Shown piece by piece: positions 37,182 to 46,865 of a stretch of DNA of 64,000 nt; the first letter of the stretch is position 1; each line of letters begins with the position of its first letter. The position numbers and the translations under genes were made by a program. The stretch covers positions 3,226-67,225 of the forward strand of contig DASXRG010000152.1 of assembly GCA_036506735.1 (NCBI GenBank). The letters are read 5' to 3'. The notes under the pieces were generated by a model, which had not been told where the DNA came from, did not search any database, and saw nothing but the letters and a program-made list of their open reading frames with translations. Source of the DNA: Candidatus Binatia bacterium. GTDB taxonomy: Bacteria; Desulfobacterota; Binatia; UBA9968.

Positions 37182-37598
37182 TCACGGCTTCGGATTCTTG
37201 ATCCAGTTCGCAATGATGTCCACGGCCTCTTTCTCCATGCCGATAAAACCGTGCCAGTGGAGAGACTCGCACGGATCGCCGGAAGGATTGGTGCCGCCGT
37301 TCACTATGATCAATTTTTTCACCGACGCGTTTTTGAGGCCGTCGATGATCCAACGCGCTCCCCGCGGGAAGGTCACCGAGCAGGCGTCTTTTTCGTGATG
37401 CAAAACGAGCACCGGAATCCTTATCGTCTCCAGTTTTTGTTCGGGCACGGCGCCGGTTCGCTTCGAGCTCGTCACGCTCGACGTGAGCGCGAGACCGGCC
37501 AGCTTCTCGTTGCCGAACGCTATCGCCGCGGCCGCGGCCGAAACGGTGCCGCGGCTGGTGCCCGGGCGGCACTCATTTCGTTTTTTACGGGGGTTCTT
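37182..37598 (-). pseudogene. alpha/beta-hydrolase gene remnant lacking its N-terminal third
   Basis: The frame is open only from the in-frame stop at 37599-37601. It reads GTSRGTVSAAAAAI (G-x-S-x-G nucleophile elbow) ... IPVLVLHHEKDACS ... HGF. The only start codon (GTG at 37475) lies after the nucleophile. Confidence 0.5.
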
Positions 37599-37637
37599 TT
37601 ATTTGGTCGCCGTTTTGTGATAGAAAGAAAATATCTG

Positions 37638-38780
37638 GTGAGAAGTTTCATACCGTTCAAGCTAAAATTTCTGCTGGTTGTTTTACCCCTCTTGGCCTTG
37701 TCCTGCTCGGGCTGCTCGCCGACGTATGTCTTCCAGGCCGCCTATGAGGAGGGCAAGATTCTGTGGCGGCGGGAGCCGATCGAGGAGGCGCTCCAAAAAC
37801 CCGACCTCGATCCGAAGACCCGGGACCAGTTCAAGCTGGTTCTCGACGTGCGCGAGTACGCGCGCGAGCAACTGAAGTTCAACGTCAAGGGAAGCTATGC
37901 GTCGTACTCGTTCGTCGATCGGGCGAATCTTTCGTACGTCCTCATGGCGACGCCGAAAAACGACCTGCGCCCCTATACCTGGTGGTTCCTCGTCGTCGGC
38001 AGCGTGCCGTACAAGGGGTTCTTCTCGCAGCAGGACGCGCTCGCCGAAGCGCAGGCGTTCGAGAAAAACGGCTACGACACCCACATCCGGACCTCGCCCG
38101 CCTTCAGCACGCTCGGCTGGTTCGACGATCCGCTGCTCGCGCACTTGTTGCGCTACGACAAGGTGACGCTTGCGGAGATCATTTTTCACGAGCTGTTTCA
38201 TAATACGCTCTACGTCGGCGGCGCCGGCGACTTCAACGAAAGCCTCGCCAATTTCGTCGGCCACCGCGCGGCGAGTCTTTTCTTTCGCGACCGCTACGGT
38301 GAGAAGAGCGCCGAATACCTCCGGTCGATCGACGCGTGGAAGGAAGCGCTGGAGTTTTCCGGCGCGGTCGGAGACATGGCGACATCTTTGAAAAACCTCT
38401 ACGCCAAAAAATTGCCGGAAGAAGAAACGCTGCGGCTGAGAGAGGAGATCTTTGCGACCGGGCAGAAAGACTGGGCGCAACGGGTCAAGGGCCGTCCCAA
38501 TCACCGTTACCGCGGTTTCGGCAAGGAGAAAATCAACAACGCCGTGGTCGCCAATTACCTTCTTTATTTGAAGGACCTCGAGTTGTTCGAGGCGGTCTAC
38601 GAGGCGAAGGGAAAAGATCTGGCGCAGTCGGTCGCGGCGATCAAGGAGTCCGTGCGCGGGGGAAATCCGTTCGAAGACGTGCGGACATTGGCGAAAAAGT
38701 TGAACGGCCAGGGATCACAGATCGGCAACAGTCTCCTTAAACCGGCGGATAGCGGCGACGTGGGCGGCGGCGCCGAATAG
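37638..38780 (+). CDS. putative lipoprotein zinc aminopeptidase (Pfam Aminopep-like)
   Basis: GTG at 37638 gives VRSFIPFKLKFLLVVLPLLALSCSGC, with a lipobox. HELFHNT provides the HExxH motif. The upstream part of the track ORF is discarded. Confidence 0.7.
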   Translation: MRSFIPFKLKFLLVVLPLLALSCSGCSPTYVFQAAYEEGKILWRREPIEEALQKPDLDPKTRDQFKLVLDVREYAREQLKFNVKGSYASYSFVDRANLSYVLMATPKNDLRPYTWWFLVVGSVPYKGFFSQQDALAEAQAFEKNGYDTHIRTSPAFSTLGWFDDPLLAHLLRYDKVTLAEIIFHELFHNTLYVGGAGDFNESLANFVGHRAASLFFRDRYGEKSAEYLRSIDAWKEALEFSGAVGDMATSLKNLYAKKLPEEETLRLREEIFATGQKDWAQRVKGRPNHRYRGFGKEKINNAVVANYLLYLKDLELFEAVYEAKGKDLAQSVAAIKESVRGGNPFEDVRTLAKKLNGQGSQIGNSLLKPADSGDVGGGAE

Positions 38781-39584
38781 ACCGGCCTTCATCGTGTTCA
38801 CCGAGAGGTGCGTCGCGCCGAGCTCTTTCCATTGAGAAATCGTTTCCAGCCACTTCTCGGGCGTTGCGTTGGCGACCGTCACGCGGCCTTCGAGGCCGAT
38901 CGCTGACGGATCGCGTCCCGCTTCTTTGGCATAAGCCTTTACTTTCTCGATCATCGCCCGCAGTTTCTCGCGCGGCTCGGCCAGAGGAAACCAGCCGTCG
39001 GCGAGGCGCCCGACTCTGCGGAGCACGGGCTCGGCGCTGCCGCCGAACCAAATCGGTATCGGCCGTTGAACGGGCAGCGGATTGATACCGGCGTCGGTGA
39101 TGGTGTGCCACCGGCCCTTGAAAGTAACCAGCTCTTTCGTCCACAGCGCGCGCAAGACCTCGACCTGCTCCTCCGAGCGCCTGCCTCTGTCGTTAAAATT
39201 CATCCCGAGCGCTTCGTACTCGACCGGGTTCCAGCCGATACCGATCCCCAGGCGAAGCCGGCCGCCGCTCAGCACGTCCGCCGCCGCGGCCTGCTTGGCG
39301 ACCAGCACGGTTTGCCGCTGCGGTAGAATGATCACGCCGCTCGCGAGTCCGATCTTTTTCGTCACGGCCGCCAGATAGCCGAACAGCACGAACGGCTCGT
39401 GAAACATATCCTGATGAGTGTATGGCGGGCTCCAGCCGGGCCGGCTCGCGGGATTCGCGCCGACGACGTGATCGTAGGGCACGATGTGGTCGTAGCCCAA
39501 CTCTTCGGCGGCCTGCGCGAAGTCGCGAACGCCGGCCGGATCGGCGCCGATTTCGGTTTGCGGAAAAATCACGCCGAGCTTCAT
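38715..39584 (-). CDS. LLM-class F420-dependent oxidoreductase
   Basis: ATG at 39584 preceded by GGAGGA. MKLGVIFPQTEIG..., ILPQRQ and LGIGIGW are typical of luciferase-like monooxygenases. The R-rich N-terminal extension in the track ORF is rejected. Confidence 0.85.
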   Translation of the reverse strand: MKLGVIFPQTEIGADPAGVRDFAQAAEELGYDHIVPYDHVVGANPASRPGWSPPYTHQDMFHEPFVLFGYLAAVTKKIGLASGVIILPQRQTVLVAKQAAAADVLSGGRLRLGIGIGWNPVEYEALGMNFNDRGRRSEEQVEVLRALWTKELVTFKGRWHTITDAGINPLPVQRPIPIWFGGSAEPVLRRVGRLADGWFPLAEPREKLRAMIEKVKAYAKEAGRDPSAIGLEGRVTVANATPEKWLETISQWKELGATHLSVNTMKAGLFGAAAHVAAIRRFKETVADL

Positions 39585-39595
39585 ACGATCCTCCG

Positions 39596-40264
39596 TTACG
39601 GCGCTATGATTCTGGGCGCGAGGATTTTCACTTCGAGCCAGGCCGAAAGCTCGGCGAGGCTTTGACCGTTGATCTCGTGGCCCATCTCGTATTCGCGGTA
39701 GGTGACCTCGACGCTGAGACCGCGGAGTATCTCGATCGATTCCCGCGCGCGCTGCACCTCGATCATCTCGTCGAGCGTGCCGTGTTGGACCATGGCGGGC
39801 GGAAGACCGGTTTTTTCTTTCTTCGAGAACAGACCGACCAGCTCTTTGGGCAGCCAGGAGCTCAGCACCGCGAGCGCGGCGAAGCGCTCCGGCTCGCCCA
39901 GCGCGAGGCCGTACGACATGACGCCGCCCTGGCTGAAGCCCAGCGCGACGATTTTTTTTCGGTCGATCGGATAGCGCTCGACCGCCGCGTCGAGAAACGC
40001 GCGGAGCTGGTCCCTGGCGGAAACGATCGCGGGAAGATCGGGCGGATTTCCCATGGTCAGCGGAAACCAGCCGGAGCCGACCGCGCGGCCGCCGAGCGGC
40101 ACTTCCAAAGGTCCTTGCGGACAAATCACGAGGAAGCGGCCGCCGCAGAGGTAAGGCGCGAGTCCAAGCAGGTCAAGGGCATTGGCGCCCCAGCCGTGCA
40201 GCGCCAGGATCGTCGGGTGCGGCCCGTCGCCGGCCGGCTCAAAGAGGGCGTGTGCGAGTTGCAT
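39596..40264 (-). CDS. alpha/beta hydrolase (phospholipase/carboxylesterase family)
   Basis: ILALHGWGAN and GFSQGGVMS (nucleophile elbow). Start is taken at the ATG at 40264, because the longer ORF begins inside the TTGAAC palindrome. Start position is uncertain. Confidence 0.75.
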   Translation of the reverse strand: MQLAHALFEPAGDGPHPTILALHGWGANALDLLGLAPYLCGGRFLVICPQGPLEVPLGGRAVGSGWFPLTMGNPPDLPAIVSARDQLRAFLDAAVERYPIDRKKIVALGFSQGGVMSYGLALGEPERFAALAVLSSWLPKELVGLFSKKEKTGLPPAMVQHGTLDEMIEVQRARESIEILRGLSVEVTYREYEMGHEINGQSLAELSAWLEVKILAPRIIAP

Positions 40265-40307
40265 ATCTCCGCGTGCAGTCTCCGGATATATTGAGGAGGA
40301 TTTGCTA

Positions 40308-40372
40308 TTGAACGACTTGAACATTTGAACGACTTGAACTGTTCAATGGTTCAAAACGTTCAAGCCGTTCAA
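40308..40372. repeat. 65-bp imperfect palindrome built from four TTGAAC and four GTTCAA hexamers
   Basis: The 15-mer ttgaacgacttgaac occurs twice (40308-40322 and 40325-40339). It is followed by gttcaatggttcaaaacgttcaagccgttcaa, which is close to the reverse complement. Confidence 0.7.
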
Positions 40373-40413
40373 GATTTTTGTCAAGCCGAGTCATATTGGC
40401 CAAGGTGTTCGAT

Positions 40414-42189
40414 TTACTCTCGCATACTCTCCAGGCTTTTTAAACCCAATTTGATCGGCACGGCGACCGCGGCGGCGGTGAGCGCGGCGACGAGCGCGAC
40501 GGAAAGCGCGAGGAGCCACAGGCTCGGCTCGGCTGCGTCCGGCTTCAGGGCGCGCGCGGCGATGAGATAGACCGGCCACGCCTCGATCATCACGCACAGC
40601 CCCACGAACGCCACGCTGAAAATCATCGACGTGACGCCGCCGAAGCTGGTCGGGATTTGCGCCGCGTGATCGTAGTCGAATTTCGGATGCATCGCCCCGA
40701 CGCCGACGCCGATCGCCGTGATGCCGAACGTCATCAGAAAAACGGTCACGAGAGAAAGCGCCATCATCCATCCCGGAACGTGCAGCAGCCGGTTGGTGAG
40801 GAAAGTCAGCAGCTCGCCGAGCACGAGCAGCGGGACCAGATTCATCCAGAATTTGCTCCTCAGGATGGACCTCAGGGCGATAGGCGAGGTCTGGAGAATC
40901 CACAGCGCCTTTCCTTCCAGGCTGACGGCCGGGAAGGCGAAGCGGACCGCGACGGCGCTCAAGACGAAACCGGCCAGAGCCAGGTTGGCGAACGACACCG
41001 CGGCGCGCAGGGTGGCCGCTGGAATCGGCGAGCGGTCAAGCGGCAGGGCGTTGAAGTTGTAAACGTAAACCACCATGAGCGCGATCAGGAGAAAAAGCTG
41101 GGACCACTGCGTCGTGTCGCGCAGGAAACTCTTGATGTCTTTGACCGCTATCGCCCGGGTCGGCTCGGGAAACGGCCGCGTCACGGCTTCGAGCATGGCG
41201 TCGAGCAGGCGATTGTCGCGCCGGCCTTGCCGCGATTCCTGCGCCTTCGACCATGCGGCGAGATGGACGAGCGACGAAATCCAGCATGCCACCCAGGGAA
41301 GAAACAAAGCGTAGCTCGCGAGCAACGGATAAAAGAACCATAAATCGGCGGGCCGCTTGAACAGCGTCACACCGAGAATCTCGGCCGACCAACTGCTCGG
41401 CGCGTAGGGCGACGAAGGGGTCTCCATGGCGGCCAGATATTGGAGAAAAAATCCGAAGTTTTCCGGGTGAACCAGTTGCTCCGGCCGGGAGAAGCGAAAA
41501 AGAAAATACAGGATGATGAAGGCGAAGAGCCCGATGAAAAACAACACGTCGCGGATCCGGCGCGCCGGCAAAAAATAGACCAAAAGATGAGTGACGAGCA
41601 CGCCGATGGCCGCCGGAATGACGAGAAAAAGCGGCAACACCAAACCGATCCAAAAATAGAAAAGCGCGCCGCCGTGGAACACGGAGTCGTACGCGGCGAG
41701 TATCGGCAGGGTGAAGAACAGCACCATCCAGGAAGAATTGATCGTCGTGGTCGTGAGCCGGGCGGCGAAAAAATCGCGCGCCGCGGTCGGCGCCGAGCGC
41801 AACAGGTCGAGGTCGCGAGCGAGAAAAAAAGCCGACAGAGCGGTGATGAGATTGCTGAAGAGGAGCATGGAGAAAAAACTCAGCAGGATGATCAAGAGGA
41901 GCTGGAATGCGAGCGGCGGGCCCAGCCCATGCACGCTTTGGAAGTACGTCAAGACGCGCTTCACCGTCCAGTAAGTCGCGAACCAGAAGCCGACGGCGAG
42001 ACCGGCGAGAAAGAGCCGGCGCAGCCAAGCGCCTTTGCCGCTCCGGAAAAGCTCGTTTTTCCAGGAAAGAACGGTGGGGGAAAGCAAAACCAAAAATTTT
42101 GAGTTTTGAGTTTTGACCCGTTCGACGACGCTCAGGGTCAACCCTGAGGTTCTCGAAGGGTTGAGTTTTGAATTAAATTCATCATTCAT
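40414..42189 (-). CDS. multi-TM permease of a putative ABC exporter (ABC-2 / ABC_export-like)
   Basis: 591 aa with more than 12 hydrophobic segments, 6 nt downstream of the ABC ATPase gene. The first 35 or so codons are read through a palindromic repeat, so the true start may be further in. Confidence 0.7.
   Translation of the reverse strand: MNDEFNSKLNPSRTSGLTLSVVERVKTQNSKFLVLLSPTVLSWKNELFRSGKGAWLRRLFLAGLAVGFWFATYWTVKRVLTYFQSVHGLGPPLAFQLLLIILLSFFSMLLFSNLITALSAFFLARDLDLLRSAPTAARDFFAARLTTTTINSSWMVLFFTLPILAAYDSVFHGGALFYFWIGLVLPLFLVIPAAIGVLVTHLLVYFLPARRIRDVLFFIGLFAFIILYFLFRFSRPEQLVHPENFGFFLQYLAAMETPSSPYAPSSWSAEILGVTLFKRPADLWFFYPLLASYALFLPWVACWISSLVHLAAWSKAQESRQGRRDNRLLDAMLEAVTRPFPEPTRAIAVKDIKSFLRDTTQWSQLFLLIALMVVYVYNFNALPLDRSPIPAATLRAAVSFANLALAGFVLSAVAVRFAFPAVSLEGKALWILQTSPIALRSILRSKFWMNLVPLLVLGELLTFLTNRLLHVPGWMMALSLVTVFLMTFGITAIGVGVGAMHPKFDYDHAAQIPTSFGGVTSMIFSVAFVGLCVMIEAWPVYLIAARALKPDAAEPSLWLLALSVALVAALTAAAVAVPIKLGLKSLESMRE
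42106..42171. repeat. 44-bp palindromic MITE-like element (family 3) flanked by 11-bp direct repeats
   Basis: Core cccgttcgacgacgctcagggtcaaccctgaggttctcgaaggg at 42117-42160, containing the CTCAGGGT-ca-ACCCTGAG palindrome. TTGAGTTTTGA is present at both 42106-42116 and 42161-42171. Confidence 0.6.
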
Positions 42190-42195
42190 AATTCA

Positions 42196-42930
<735 letters not shown>

Positions 42931-43029
42931 TTTAATTAATGGGCGAGAGGCGCGAGGCAACAGGCGCTCGTAAAGGCGGTTCGCGAACCGTCCCTACCTC
43001 ATGCCTCACGCCTTTCGCCTCGCGCCTGC

Positions 43030-44496
43030 TCACGATGCTTCCATCACCCGGATCTTCAGGTTGCCGATGAGTTGGAGAATATCGACCTGCCGGTCGATCT
43101 CGCCTTCGAGGAATTTGACGTGGGTCGCGTCGGCCGGAAATTGATTCAAGACCGGATCCAGCGAAACCCACTCGCCCAGCCAAACCTCGGACCAGGCGTG
43201 ATAGTAAAATGCGCCGCGGAGATAGACCACGCCGACGGCGGTTTTCGCCGGGATGCCCGCGGCGCGCGCGAGGGCGTTGAACAGGACGGCGTGCTCGTTG
43301 CAATCGCCTTTTTTGGTGCGCAAAACCTCCAGCGCGTTGGGAATGCTGACGGTCGGCTCCTTGGCCAGTTCGCGGTAAACCCAGTCTTTGATCCGCGCCG
43401 CGGCTTTGACGGCGTCGCTTTCTGCCCCGACGATGCTCCGCGCCACGGCGCGAATTCGCGGATGGTCGCTTTGGAGAAACGGCGTGGGTTGCAGGTATGA
43501 GGCGAATCTCTGGCCCCTTGCCGGGAGCGCATAAGAATGAACGTTGTCGAGCGCCTCGCGCTTGATTTGCAATTCGTCTTGATCGAGCCGCTGGCGGTCG
43601 CCGTCGAGGGCGAACCGGGTGAGGTCGAAGCCGGAGAGCTTCAAACGGAGAAATTCTTTGCGCCGCGGATCCGCAATCGGAGTTTGCACCGGGACGGCGG
43701 TTTGCGCCAGGAGATCGAGAGACAACGATCTCGTTCCGGGAATGCTCACCGCCTGCTCGGCGTTCTCCTTGACGAGGGACATTCCGGTAGGGCTTTCTTC
43801 CTTCAGCGTTCTGCCGGCGCCGTCAACCCAGGAGATGACCGAGATCCCTTTGAATTGCTGGCGCAGGCGAATCGCCGGCTCCATCTTTCCGCCGATTTGT
43901 ATACGCTCGCGGCCTTCTATGGTGACCGCGGTGAGCTGCTGCGAGAGCGTCGCCGGATCGAAGGTCGGAAAAATATGCTCCTTTCCGGGCTCGAGGTTTT
44001 GCGTGACGACGTATGGCTTCAACGCGGCGAGCAGGTACGGCGGCTGGCGCAGCGCGAGTTCCGTCGCGCTCTGCTCGGCGCCGGAATTCAATTCCAGGCG
44101 CAGCTTGCCGGCGGCGAATGATCCGCGAGCGTTGAAGCGCACGTTATTGGAATCGAGTTGGAAAGCGAACTGTTTCAAAGCCCATTCCGGATCGGCGCTC
44201 ATCTCGAGCCGCGTGGTGACCGTTTGCGTCGTCTCCATGAGATTGAGGCGCAGCACCGAAGAGCTGTGTACGTCGTAGCCGCCGGAGGACCGCGGAGTTA
44301 TTTTCTGGCTCGAGTAGCCGATCTTTTCGCCGTGGAAGTAAACGCCCCACCATTCATCGAGCGGCTCGGTGATGGCGCTCACGGTGGCGAGCGCGATCGG
44401 GGCGGGCGGCGCGGCGATCTGGCGCTTCACGAGCAGGACATTCATGAAGCACCAGAAGAGAACGATGGCGACGCCCACGGTGCGGTTTAAATTCAT
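43030..44496 (-). CDS. transglutaminase-like domain protein, N-terminally membrane-anchored
   Basis: 488 aa. KGDCNEHAVLFNALARAAGIPA...YHAWSEVW is the transglutaminase core Cys-His pattern. Confidence 0.8.
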   Translation of the reverse strand: MNLNRTVGVAIVLFWCFMNVLLVKRQIAAPPAPIALATVSAITEPLDEWWGVYFHGEKIGYSSQKITPRSSGGYDVHSSSVLRLNLMETTQTVTTRLEMSADPEWALKQFAFQLDSNNVRFNARGSFAAGKLRLELNSGAEQSATELALRQPPYLLAALKPYVVTQNLEPGKEHIFPTFDPATLSQQLTAVTIEGRERIQIGGKMEPAIRLRQQFKGISVISWVDGAGRTLKEESPTGMSLVKENAEQAVSIPGTRSLSLDLLAQTAVPVQTPIADPRRKEFLRLKLSGFDLTRFALDGDRQRLDQDELQIKREALDNVHSYALPARGQRFASYLQPTPFLQSDHPRIRAVARSIVGAESDAVKAAARIKDWVYRELAKEPTVSIPNALEVLRTKKGDCNEHAVLFNALARAAGIPAKTAVGVVYLRGAFYYHAWSEVWLGEWVSLDPVLNQFPADATHVKFLEGEIDRQVDILQLIGNLKIRVMEAS

Positions 44497-44599
44497 GCCG
44501 CGCCGATTATATACTACCGGCGGTGAAAAAAGTATCTTACGGAGCCGTCAGCCGGATGTGTTTCATATGAGCTGAGAGCCGATCGCTGAAAACTTTCTC

Positions 44600-45064
44600 A
44601 TGAAATTCGTGGCCGACAAAATGCTCGGGCGCCTTGCCCGCTGGCTCAGGATCATCGGGCAGGACGTGGCGTACGGCCCGGAGCTGTCGGGCGCGGGATT
44701 GATGCGCGCCGCGCGGCGCGAAGAGCGGCTGATTCTCACGCGCGATCTCGGCCTCGGGAAAAAAAGTCCTCCGCCCTATCTTTTTATCCGCAGCGACCAT
44801 TTTCGCGAGCAGTTGAGACAGGTGATCGAAGAGTGCGGTATCGACCCGCTGAAAGATGCGTTCACGCGTTGCGTGGAATGCAACGCGCCGCTCGAGGCGA
44901 TAGCGAAAGCGGAAGTGGAGGACAAGGTGCCGCCCTACGTCTTCGCCACGCAGGAGAAATTCTCTTTCTGCCGCACATGCCGCCGCATCTACTGGCCGGC
45001 GACGCACCAGGAGAAAATGGCGCAGGAGTTGAAATCGTTGGCAGGGAAATCACCTGGAATTTGA
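44600..45064 (+). CDS. Mut7-C (DUF82) PIN-like RNase-domain protein with C-terminal zinc ribbon
   Basis: MKFVADKMLGRLARWLRIIGQD and C..CN...C..C are typical of the Mut7-C family. Confidence 0.8.
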   Translation: MKFVADKMLGRLARWLRIIGQDVAYGPELSGAGLMRAARREERLILTRDLGLGKKSPPPYLFIRSDHFREQLRQVIEECGIDPLKDAFTRCVECNAPLEAIAKAEVEDKVPPYVFATQEKFSFCRTCRRIYWPATHQEKMAQELKSLAGKSPGI

Positions 45065-45118
45065 GCGTCCCGTGTGTTAATTATTACGGATTCACTGGTT
45101 ATTTCTCCTGTTGAGCAT

Positions 45119-45194
45119 TCCCCGGTAGCTCAGTCGGTAGAGCGGGTGACTGTTAATCACTAGGTCGGGGGTTCGAGTCCCTCCCGGGGAGCCA
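45119..45194 (+). tRNA. tRNA-Asn (anticodon GUU), CCA encoded
   Basis: Manual cloverleaf. Acceptor UCCCCGG/CCGGGGA, D arm GCUC-AGUCGGUA-GAGC, anticodon arm GGUGA-CUGUUAA-UCACU, T arm GGGGG-UUCGAGU-CCCUC, discriminator G and CCA. Confidence 0.9.
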
Positions 45195-45203
45195 AATTTT
45201 AAG

Positions 45204-45237
45204 AAGGCCGCTTTTCGCCGGAGCGGCCTTTTCTTGG
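45204..45237 (+). terminator. rho-independent terminator after tRNA-Asn
   Basis: AAGGCCGC-loop-GCGGCCTT stem followed by TTCTT. Confidence 0.6.
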
Positions 45238-45306
45238 ATGGTCATATTAACGCCGCTCAAGTGTTTTCCGAATTGACGACCTTTCCCCCGCTCCGCAAGA
45301 TAAAAC

Positions 45307-45636
45307 ATGGCATCGACAAAGCGAAGGCCGGCGGCCAAGAAAAAAGGCGGACGCCGGGGAGCGACGCGTCGCTATTGGTCCGCCGCTGTCACGCGACGGA
45401 GCGACGCGCTCGATCTCGATTCCAAGATTTTCACGTCAGGCAGCTCCCGACGCATCGCGCAATCTCTCAAGCGGTCGGCCGAACGGAGCAGGAGACGCAA
45501 AGCGACGCCCTATCAATCAGCCATGTCGATGCTGAACTTCTACATCAACCGCGCCGGCAAAGGTTTGTCGAAGCGACAGAGAGGCGTCTTGGAACGAGCC
45601 AAAGGCGAACTGCGGAAAACTTTCCGCCGGGTGTGA
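45307..45636 (+). CDS. DUF3175-domain protein
   Basis: 109 aa. IAQSLKRSAERSRRRKATPYQSAMSMLNFYINRAGKGL matches my recollection of the DUF3175 signature. Confidence 0.7.
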   Translation: MASTKRRPAAKKKGGRRGATRRYWSAAVTRRSDALDLDSKIFTSGSSRRIAQSLKRSAERSRRRKATPYQSAMSMLNFYINRAGKGLSKRQRGVLERAKGELRKTFRRV

Positions 45637-45667
45637 TCGTCAAAAACGGAAGGTTGAAGCTCGACTG

Positions 45668-46348
45668 CTAAATTTCTCTTATGGACTTGCCGTGAACCGG
45701 CCGGCGAGTCCCGGCCCGTTGGAGCAATGCGCGCACCTCTTCGTCGGTCGTCTGGGAAAAATCTTCATACCACTCGCCAACGGCCATAAAGGGATCCGGG
45801 GTTGCATCGCAGACGACTTCGTCCACTTCGCTGCGAAACTCTTCGCACGTTTCGGGGGCCGCGACCGGCACGGCGACGACAACCCTCGACGGTTCCATCT
45901 TCCGGAGCGCCATGGCGGCCGCGCGCATGGTCGAACCGGTTGCCAGCCCATCATCGACCAGGATCACCGTGCGCCCTCGTAGCTCGGGCAAGGGACGATC
46001 GCCGCGGTACAACCGCTCGCGCCGCATGAGCTCCCGTTGTTCCCGGCTTGCGACCGCGTCGATAACCGCGTCGGGGAGATCGATGTAGCGCGTCACCTCC
46101 TCGTTCATCACCCGCACGCCGCCCGTGGCGATCGCGCCCATCGCCAGCTCTTCATATCCCGGCAGGCCGAGTTTGCGCACCAGAAAAACGTCCAGCGGCG
46201 CGTGGAGCGCGAGCGCCACTTCATAACCGACCGGCACGCCGCCGCGCGGCAACGCCAGCACGACCACATCCGGCCGGTTGGCATACCTCATCAATCTCCG
46301 AGCCAGTTCCTTACCGGCGTCCGATCGATTGGCAAAAAGTTTGGCCAT
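45668..46348 (-). CDS. phosphoribosyltransferase-family protein
   Basis: Start at the ATG at 46348 ([12 protein letters not shown]). [13 protein letters not shown] and [14 protein letters not shown] form the PRPP-binding loop. Confidence 0.8.
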   Translation of the reverse strand: MAKLFANRSDAGKELARRLMRYANRPDVVVLALPRGGVPVGYEVALALHAPLDVFLVRKLGLPGYEELAMGAIATGGVRVMNEEVTRYIDLPDAVIDAVASREQRELMRRERLYRGDRPLPELRGRTVILVDDGLATGSTMRAAAMALRKMEPSRVVVAVPVAAPETCEEFRSEVDEVVCDATPDPFMAVGEWYEDFSQTTDEEVRALLQRAGTRRPVHGKSIREI

Positions 46349-46442
46349 GGTCTGCGCCCTGACCACTGAGCACGTCGTCAATTGGAGAACGTCAAGCGCG
46401 CCGGTATTGGCGATGCGCGCGAGAAAGAAGCCGTCGGACTCA

Positions 46443-46865
46443 TCACGCGCGCCGAGCACGGGTGCGCGCGGCTTTGCGCGCCGCAACGGTGCGTCCGCGC
46501 CGGCCCTTGGTGCGCGCCGCCGGGCGGGCGGACGCCGAGCGCTCGCGCTTCAGGGCGGCTTCGGTGGCTCGTGCACGGCGGCGAGACGTTGTCGATTTTC
46601 TCGGCCGGCCGGATTTATAGGCGCGCACGGCGCTCCGGCGGGTTTTTTCGGAAACACCGCCTTTCTCAGGCGGCCGAAGCGGAACGCCCGCGCGGCGCGC
46701 TTTCGATAGCCCGATAGCGATCGCTTGCTTGGTCGACCGCGCGCCGTGTTTGCCTTCCCGGATATGATGCATCTCCTCGCGCACGAATTCGCCGGCTTGC
46801 GTGGTCGGCGATTTTCCTTTGCGCCGGGCTCTCTGGGCTTTTTCCAAGGTTTCTTTCTCCGGCAT
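46443..46865 (-). CDS. small basic protein (DUF6496-like N-terminus, Arg/Lys-rich tail)
   Basis: ATG at 46865 preceded by [43 protein letters not shown] is a conserved small-protein signature, recalled as DUF6496. Confidence 0.6.
   Translation of the reverse strand: MPEKETLEKAQRARRKGKSPTTQAGEFVREEMHHIREGKHGARSTKQAIAIGLSKARRAGVPLRPPEKGGVSEKTRRSAVRAYKSGRPRKSTTSRRRARATEAALKRERSASARPAARTKGRRGRTVAARKAARTRARRA

Noticed and set aside
39585-40124. 180-codon N-terminal extension of track ORF 38715..40124
   Set aside because: The extension is Arg/Pro/Ala-rich and overlaps the carboxylesterase gene in another frame. The LLM domain begins at MKLGVIFPQ, and the ATG at 39584 is preceded by GGAGGA.
40391-42028. 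170-aa (40391..40903) and 330-aa (41036..42028) minus-strand alternate-frame ORFs within the ABC permease gene
   Set aside because: The permease frame shows regular hydrophobic TM segments across its whole length. The alternate frames are Arg/Pro-rich and have no structure.
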